From Blastocladiella emersonii ATCC 22665 (taxonomy: Eukaryota > Fungi > Blastocladiomycota): a DNA stretch of 64,000 nt. Position 1 is the first letter of the stretch, and each line of letters opens with the position of its first letter. The notes beneath the pieces were generated by a model. That model ran no database searches and was not told the DNA's origin. It saw only the letters and a list, made by a program, of their open reading frames with translations. Positions 1-6,121 of this stretch are shown here, piece after piece. The stretch is taken from assembly GCA_025594325.1 (NCBI GenBank), contig JANHCV010000005.1, positions 2,145,774-2,209,773 of the forward strand, in the 5' to 3' direction. The translations under genes and the position numbers were made by a program.

Positions 1-77
1 GTGCGTGTGGGCGTGCGGGCCCGTGTCCGTGCGTGCCTGTGTCTGTGCGTGCCTGGATTAGACCTCCATCACAAGCG

Positions 78-171
78 CCAAGTGACCAAGTGACCAAGTG
101 ACAAAGTGACCAAGGTGACCAAGGTGACCAAGGTGACCAAGGTGACCAGGGTGACCAAGGTGACCAAGTGA
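78..171 (+). repeat. 8/9-bp tandem repeat CCAAG(G)TGA, 11 copies, invariant in every unit
   Basis: Parsed directly: (CCAAGTGA)3 CAAAGTGA (CCAAGGTGA)4 CCAGGGTGA CCAAGGTGA CCAAGTGA. Present at unit start +77 in all 16 units; gives the WSP-repeat shadow ORF on the minus strand. Confidence 0.97.
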
Positions 172-509
172 CACACAAGCACCAAGCTAGGGTGGCCGGG
201 CGGCCATGGACCGTACTGCATGGGTACCATTACCGTGGACTGGCCGCGGCCATTTATTGCAGCACAGCCCTGCCTGGCTCAGGACGCGGCGGGCGTGGGA
301 GGCGGGCAGGGTAGATAGGTAGCAGCAGCAGGACCTGGCTAGCTGGCTGTCAAACAACACGAGTGAAGGGGTGCGTGAGGGAGGGTGTGTTGAACGAATG
401 GATGGGTGGATGCAGGCAGACCTTCATACGTGTCGTGCGTGATGAGGATTGGTTGGCCACCATCCACCAACGCCATGGCATGGCTGCGGGTGTCGCTGCG
501 TGCGCCTTG

Positions 510-632
510 GCGGGTGGTGGTGTTGGTGGGTGGTGTTGGTGGGTGCTGTGGTGGTAGTGGAGCTAAAGTGGTGTTGTGGGGCTCCTGGGGTCCCCTTCCC
601 TTCCTGTCTGGCCTAGGTGGGTGGGTGGGCGG
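510..632 (+). repeat. GT/G-rich low-complexity block (GGT/GGGT runs), G-quadruplex-prone
   Basis: GCGGGTGGTGGTGTTGGTGGGTGGTGTTGGTGGG at 510 onward and GGTGGGTGGGTGGGCGG at 616-632; once per unit. Confidence 0.7.
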
Positions 633-1432
633 ACGTAGCGCGCATGCGGGCGGGCAAGGTAGGAACGTTGCTCACGCAATGGATCATGTATTTTATGGAA
701 CGTAGTCTGCACAGCAGAGAGGGGGATGTCCGGCCCAATCGGACCCTCCACGAATCACACCGCGCCGCCGCCTCTGTTGCCGCCGCGGCCGCCGCTAAAC
801 GACCAATCGAATCTTCTACTACACCACCAACACCACCACCACCACCCGCTACGCTTTCTCCTGTCCATGGCGAGGACCTCAGCACTCCCGGCTACGCCAT
901 GGTCGGCGAGTCCGTTGCTGGCGCGACGCGGTCCCTTGCCTCGTTCGGCCGTCGCCTCCTCGCCTCCATCTGGCGCGACCCCGCCGCTCTGTCTCGCCTC
1001 GCCGGCTGCGTTGTACGCGCCCGCGACGTCGCCTTCGCCTCCCGCTCACTCCAACTCGACCGCGACCTCGCTCGACCCGTCCTCGCGGCCATCACGTCCG
1101 TCGCCTCCCGATCCCTCTGGCGCGGCGCCTGGCTCTCTCACTCCGCTGGCTGCGCCGAGGCCGACCCACTCGATTCTTCTGAAGCTCCGCCGCGCGAGCC
1201 GCGTGAGCGGGCCCGCCGCCCATTTGGCCAGCCCATTGCCACACTCAAGTTCATCAACCGCCACCACTACTGCTCTCGCTGTCTGAGCTCGCTCCATTCC
1301 CACGTCCCCAACCCGTCTGGGCGTGAAGAAGACCCGCCAGTGTGCCCGCCGTCCACCGCGGCCCAAGCGGCTCTTGTTGCAGATCCCTCCGTCCGACTTT
1401 GGCTGCTCGGTTCCCCAAGGCACATTCGGTAA
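617..1432 (+). CDS. 271-codon chimeric ORF: ~48 flank-derived codons fused in frame to the coding remnant of the retro-insertion; product unknown, possibly the C-terminus of a non-LTR retroelement protein
   Basis: 31 of 40 codons at 953-1072 end in C, i.e. real coding bias in this frame. In-frame ATGs at 644, 686, 695 (flank) and 899 (insert). Open in all 16 units (617, 4728, 8879, 13030, 17205, 21355, 25466, 29617, 33768, 37879, 42061, 46171, 50281, 54391, 58501, 62611). Stop is TAA in unit 1 and TGA in the others. Expression unproven. Confidence 0.5.
   Translation: MGGWADVARMRAGKVGTLLTQWIMYFMERSLHSREGDVRPNRTLHESHRAAASVAAAAAAKRPIESSTTPPTPPPPPATLSPVHGEDLSTPGYAMVGESVAGATRSLASFGRRLLASIWRDPAALSRLAGCVVRARDVAFASRSLQLDRDLARPVLAAITSVASRSLWRGAWLSHSAGCAEADPLDSSEAPPREPRERARRPFGQPIATLKFINRHHYCSRCLSSLHSHVPNPSGREEDPPVCPPSTAAQAALVADPSVRLWLLGSPRHIR
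743..759 (+). repeat. 5' copy of 17-bp target-site duplication ACCCTCCACGAATCACA
   Basis: Exact match to 2011-2027; flanks diverge on both sides (CGG|..|CCG versus GAA|..|ATA). Confidence 0.9.
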
Positions 1433-1482
1433 TGTGACTAGACCAAGGATCGGCGCAGTCGACGCAAGTCCAGTAGCACCAG

Positions 1483-1983
1483 GTGTTTGCGCGCGGTACT
1501 GACCCATCCACTTTCTCTCGTTCTGACGACGATGAAACGCATGATCCGCCACTGAATGGCGCTGACGCACAAAAGAAAACGAAGGAGAAAAACAAAAAGA
1601 AAAGAAACGCAAAAAGAAGAATGTCCGCACAAAAAGATGGAAAAACATCTGACGAACCTCACAGGCCATGCCCAAGACCACAGCACTGCCACTGGTCCAT
1701 TGGCATGTCCTCGCGCTCTAGTTGGTCACGCCAGCTTGTCTCTCTGCTCGGTCTCTCTTTACTGCGTTTCGTTCGCTCTCTTAGCTCGCTGCTCGAGCTC
1801 GCTCTCTCTTCGCCTCGTTCGCCCATCTCTCTCGTACTCCCCTCTCCTCCCACAATTCTTCCCCCTATGCTCCTCGACGTGCACGGTCCGGGCTTGTCGT
1901 ACTGCGGCTTGCCCACAAAAGGGCTGCTGCCCGTTGCACAGTGGATATTCTGCTTGCAGTTCACAACCGCTGTTAAGGAATAA
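1483..1983 (+). CDS. Possible 166-codon ORF in the 3' part of the insertion (acidic + Lys/Arg-rich, then Ser/Leu-rich); may simply be 3' UTR
   Basis: GTG start; TAA lies inside the AATAAA signal; low-complexity purine then pyrimidine blocks keep several frames open, so support is weak. Confidence 0.2.
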   Translation: MFARGTDPSTFSRSDDDETHDPPLNGADAQKKTKEKNKKKRNAKRRMSAQKDGKTSDEPHRPCPRPQHCHWSIGMSSRSSWSRQLVSLLGLSLLRFVRSLSSLLELALSSPRSPISLVLPSPPTILPPMLLDVHGPGLSYCGLPTKGLLPVAQWIFCLQFTTAVKE

Positions 1984-1984
1984 A
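1979..1984 (+). promoter_or_regulatory. AATAAA polyadenylation signal of the retro-insertion
   Basis: The hexamer ends 12 nt upstream of the A-tail at 1997, a canonical spacing; present in all 16 units. Confidence 0.7.
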
Positions 1985-2010
1985 TGCATTGGTTCCAAAA
2001 AAAAAAAGAA

Positions 2011-2027
2011 ACCCTCCACGAATCACA
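2011..2027 (+). repeat. 3' copy of 17-bp target-site duplication
   Basis: Immediately follows the A-tail; exact match to 743-759. Confidence 0.9.
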
Positions 2028-2066
2028 ATATGCGCGCAATGAATTGACCGATGATATGGCCGTACC

Positions 2067-3124
2067 AAACCAGCCACGTAGACAATTGTCATGGTAGTCG
2101 AACAAAACCATATTCAAATCTTGGACTACCCGCTTGTCCAGCTAGCCAGGGACCCATAAATCACAGTATCGACCCAACTAAATATTTGACAGCAGAAAAA
2201 TAGTAAACCAACCTCGTACAAAATTGTCATGGTACTCAAACAAAACCATATTCAAAACCTTGACTTCCCGCATATCCAGCTGGCCAGGGACCCATAAATC
2301 ACAGTATGGAACCAACAAAGTATCTGACAACAGAAATATGGTAAAACAGCTACGCGGATAATTGTCATGGTACTCAATCAAAACCATACTCAAACCTTTG
2401 CTTTCCTGCATGTCCAGCTGGCCACTGACCCATAAATCACAGTATCGGACCAAGAAAATATCTGACCATGGAAATATAGTATACCAGCCACCTAGGTAAT
2501 TGTCATGGCACTCAAACAAAACCATAGTCAAGTCTTTGACTATCCACATGTCCAGCTGATTGAGGACCCATGAATCGTAACGTCAAAGCAACAATATATC
2601 TCACCATGGAAGTATAGTAAACCAGCCACTCTGGCAATTGTCATGGTACTCAAACAAAACCATACTCAAATCTATGACTTCCCACATGTCCAGCAGGTTG
2701 GACACCCATAAATCACAGTATCAAACCAACAAAATATCAGACCACAGGAGTATATAAAACCGACCACGTAGGTAATTGTCTTGGTACTCAAACAAAACCA
2801 TATTCAAATCTTTCAATTCCCGCTTGTCCAGCTAGCCAGGGACCCATAAATCACAGGATCACAGCAACAAAGTATCTGACAACAGAAATATGGTACACCA
2901 GCCACGTAGATAATTGTCATGGTACTCAAACAAAACCATACTCAAATCTTCGAGTGCCCCATGTCCAGGTGGGCAAGGGCCTATAAATCACAGTATTGAA
3001 CCAAGAAAATACCTGACGATCGGGATGTATCAAACCCGCCACGCTGATACTTGTCGTGGTACTCAAACATAACCATACTCAGCCAAATCTTTGAATACCC
3101 TCACGTCCAGGTGGGCAAGGAACC
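2067..3124. repeat. Array of ~8 diverged 138-bp AT-richer monomers (higher-order repeat inside each unit)
   Basis: The anchor AATTGTC(A/T)TGG recurs at 2084, 2222, 2360, 2498, 2636, 2774, 2912 (138-bp steps) and as ACTTGTCGTGG at 3049. Monomers 1 and 2 differ at about 25 of 138 positions. Same array in units 1-15. Confidence 0.97.
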
Positions 3125-3238
3125 AAAGCGCCAGATATTCAAATCTACCGCTTTGTGCACACTCCACTAGCCAACTCTTCGATCCACTAATTATGGAGCC
3201 CGTCGTCAAAGTACACTGTCCAATCAACTAAGTAAACA

Positions 3239-3313
3239 GCCAACCTGCCAGCCTGCCAGCCTGCCAGCCTGCCAGCCTGCCAACCTGCCAACCTGCCAAC
3301 CTGCCGCCTTGCC
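3239..3313 (+). repeat. 8-bp VNTR GCCAACCT-(GCCAGCCT)n-(GCCAACCT)3-GCCGCCTT; n=4 in unit 1
   Basis: Parsed directly. n for units 1-15 = 4, 9, 9, 12, 9, 4, 9, 9, 4, 13, 4, 4, 4, 4, 4, matching unit-length increments of +40, +64 and +72 bp. Confidence 0.96.
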
Positions 3314-4870
3314 TACCTGCTATCCGAACACCCACACCGCCTCGCAAGTCATTGGGGGCCCGCGCTCTCTGGTTGCCGTCCCAGCCAACAAAGGAATGAA
3401 TGATGAGCCCTGGCAGCCTGGCAGCCTGCCACACTGACAGCCTGACTGACAGCGCCCACCCAGTAGATATTATCTATCTCGTAGGTAGTCTGGGAGGACT
3501 TCGTTAGTCAATACACGACCAGTCTCCTCCTGGCTGCCGGCTCTGCTGTCCACTCCAAGTCCTGCATGATGATGGGCCAAGGAGGGTTCCGAGCAGCTCC
3601 TCTGTCTACCCGCGTGAAACCACTCACCCGCTGACGGATGTATACCACGCACCGTGCAGCGCGCACAGCACACAGCGCCCGACGCACCACGCGGTGCGCA
3701 CACGGCGCAAACGGCCACCCTGGTGTCACACACACTCGCATGAACGGCAGGCATGCAAGGCGTCCGTCCTCAACTCAACAATGATTTATCATCCAGGCTT
3801 ACTACTCGCTCCAACGGGTGCGCCTGCCTGCCCTCCCAGTGCCGTTGATTGATTGATGGGTGCGCCAGCCCCTGTTGCCAGCCACGTGGCAAGCAACACC
3901 TCAGCACCTGCGTCGCCCTGGCCACCGTCCGTACCTTGCAAACAGCGTAGCAGCCGTACTGCTTCACAGGGCTGCAGAGGGCTGGCTGCGGAGGGCTGAG
4001 GCGGCAGGGCTCCTCCTGCAGGAAGGAGACAGTGCTGGGGCCAAGGAGTGCTAGGGACGACAAACTGAATGGTGAATGACCAGACCAACACACCACATGC
4101 TCCTGGCAGGAGTGCGTGTGGGCGTGCGGGCCCGTGTCCGTGCGTGCCTGTGTCTGTGCGTGCCTGGATTAGACCTCCATCACAAGCGCCAAGTGACCAA
4201 GTGACCAAGTGACAAAGTGACCAAGGTGACCAAGGTGACCAAGGTGACCAAGGTGACCAGGGTGACCAAGGTGACCAAGTGACACACAAGCACCAAGCTA
4301 GGGTGGCCGGGCGGCCATGGACCGTACTGCATGGGTACCATTACCGTGGACTGGCCGCGGCCATTTATTGCAGCACAGCCCTGCCTGGCTCAGGACGCGG
4401 CGGGCGTGGGAGGCGGGCAGGGTAGATAGGTAGCAGCAGCAGGACCTGGCTAGCTGGCTGTCAAACAACACGAGTGAAGGGGTGCGTGAGGGAGGGTGTG
4501 TTGAACGAATGGATGGGTGGATGCAGGCAGACCTTCATACGTGTCGTGCGTGATGAGGATTGGTTGGCCACCATCCACCAACGCCATGGCATGGCTGCGG
4601 GTGTCGCTGCGTGCGCCTTGGCGGGTGGTGGTGTTGGTGGGTGGTGTTGGTGGGTGCTGTGGTGGTAGTGGAGCTAAAGTGGTGTTGTGGGGCTCCTGGG
4701 GTCCCCTTCCCTTCCTGTCTGGCCTAGGTGGGTGGGTGGGCGGACGTAGCGCGCATGCGGGCGGGCAAGGTAGGAACGTTGCTCACGCAATGGATCATGT
4801 ATTTTATGGAACGTAGTCTGCACAGCAGAGAGGGGGATGTCCGGCCCAATCGGACCCTCCACGAATCACA

Positions 4871-6121
4871 CCGCGCCGCCGCCTCTGTTGCCGCCGCGGC
4901 CGCCGCTAAACGACCAATCGAATCTTCTACTACACCACCAACACCACCACCACCACCCGCTACGCTTTCTCCTGTCCATGGCGAGGACCTCAGCACTCCC
5001 GGCTACGCCATGGTCGGCGAGTCCGTTGCTGGCGCGACGCGGTCCCTTGCCTCGTTCGGCCGTCGCCTCCTCGCCTCCATCTGGCGCGACCCCGCCGCTC
5101 TGTCTCGCCTCGCCGGCTGCGTTGTACGCGCCCGCGACGTCGCCTTCGCCTCCCGCTCACTCCAACTCGACCGCGACCTCGCTCGACCCGTCCTCGCGGC
5201 CATCACGTCCGTCGCCTCCCGATCCCTCTGGCGCGGCGCCTGGCTCTCTCACTCCGCTGGCTGCGCCGAGGCCGACCCACTCGATTCTTCTGAAGCTCCG
5301 CCGCGCGAGCCGCGTGAGCGGGCCCGCCGCCCATTTGGCCAGCCCATTGCCACACTCAAGTTCATCAACCGCCACCACTACTGCTCTCGCTGTCTGAGCT
5401 CGCTCCATTCCCACGTCCCCAACCCGTCTGGGCGTGAAGAAGACCCGCCAGTGTGCCCGCCGTCCACCGCGGCCCAAGCGGCTCTTGTTGCAGATCCCTC
5501 CGTCCGACTTTGGCTGCTCGGTTCCGCAAGGCACATTCGGTGATGTGACTAGACCAAGGATCGGCGCAGTCGACGCAAGTCCAGTAGCACCAGGTGTTTG
5601 CGCGCGGTACTGACCCATCCACTTTCTCTCGTTCTGACGACGATGAAACGCATGATCCGCCACTGAATGGCGCTGACGCACAAAAGAAAACGAAGGAGAA
5701 AAACAAAAAGAAAAGAAACGCAAAAAGAAGAATGTCCGCACAAAAAGATGGAAAAACATCTGACGAACCTCACAGGCCATGCCCAAGACCACAGCACTGC
5801 CACTGGTCCATTGGCATGTCCTCGCGCTCTAGTTGGTCACGCCAGCTTGTCTCTCTGCTCGGTCTCTCTTTACTGCGTTTCGTTCGCTCTCTTAGCTCGC
5901 TGCTCGAGCTCGCTCTCTCTTCGCCTCGTTCGCCCATCTCTCTCGTACTCCCCTCTCCTCCCACAATTCTTCCCCCTATGCTCCTCGACGTGCACGGTCC
6001 GGGCTTGTCGTACTGCGGCTTGCCCACAAAAGGGCTGCTGGCCGTTGCACAGTGGATATTCTGCTTGCAGTTCACAACCGCTGTTAAGGAATAAATGCAT
6101 TGGTTCCAAAAAAAAAAAGAA
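4871..6121 (+). mobile_element. Retro-insertion copy, unit 2
   Basis: Same TSDs and junctions; A11; two private C>G changes (5526, 6041). Confidence 0.8.

Larger units (their letters stand above)
760..2010 (+). mobile_element. 1251-bp polyadenylated retro-insertion (5'-truncated non-LTR retrotransposon or processed retrocopy), unit 1
   Basis: 17-bp direct repeats on both sides; AATAAA at 1979-1984; A11-G-AA tail at 1997-2010 abutting the 3' TSD; reading frame already open at the 5' junction. Confidence 0.8.

Noticed and set aside
190-251. GGCCGGGCGGCCATGGACC recalls the start of the HDV ribozyme; palindrome GGCCGCGGCC at 242-251
   Set aside because: No P3/L3 TCC-CG loop or nested pseudoknot can be built; short GC palindromes are expected at this composition.
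1429-1482. Possible GT..AG intron joining the two plus-strand ORFs of the insertion
   Set aside because: Splicing 1429-1482 enters a frame that stops at ~1555 rather than the 1483 frame; no good donor in the needed phase.
1046-1681. 211-aa minus-strand ORF and other overlapping ORFs (726-1286, 1254-1595, 1556-2047, 1659-2117)
   Set aside because: Antisense or alternate-frame shadows of GC-rich, low-complexity sequence; codon bias supports only the 617-1432 frame.
2008-2015. AAACCCT at the tail junction looks like a plant-type telomere repeat
   Set aside because: Single copy formed by tail plus TSD; the 5' TSD context is GGACCCT; no telomeric tract is present.
2045-2066. Minus-strand GTACGGCCATATC resembles the 5' end of 5S rRNA
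   Set aside because: Similarity stops after about 10 nt; no 5S internal boxes or 120-nt body, even on the reconstructed empty site.
2178-2549. 138 bp = 46 codons, and a 123-aa minus-strand ORF runs through monomers 1-4, suggesting a protein repeat
   Set aside because: The same frame has stops in monomers 1 and 4. Differences between monomers 1 and 2 fall about 10/9/6 across codon positions, with no strong wobble bias. The consensus peptide resembles no repeat family I know (not FNIP, LRR or ankyrin).
2751-2758. TATATAAA TATA-like box in monomer 5 (and CCAAT at ~735, ~803, ~3220)
   Set aside because: Arises from monomer drift in AT-rich sequence; no downstream gene or start-site evidence.
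2067-3124. CRISPR-like array
   Set aside because: No constant repeat with unique spacers; variation is spread along the whole monomer and no cas genes are present.
3860-4054. 64-aa plus ORF (LLHRAAEGWLRRAEAAGLLLQEG) that looks helical
   Set aside because: Short, GTG start, no recognisable motif or clear codon bias.
3789-4289. Minus ORFs with WSP and GWQAGRLA peptide repeats
   Set aside because: Translations of the 9-bp and 8-bp DNA repeats; VNTR changes of 40 and 64 bp shift the frame freely between units.
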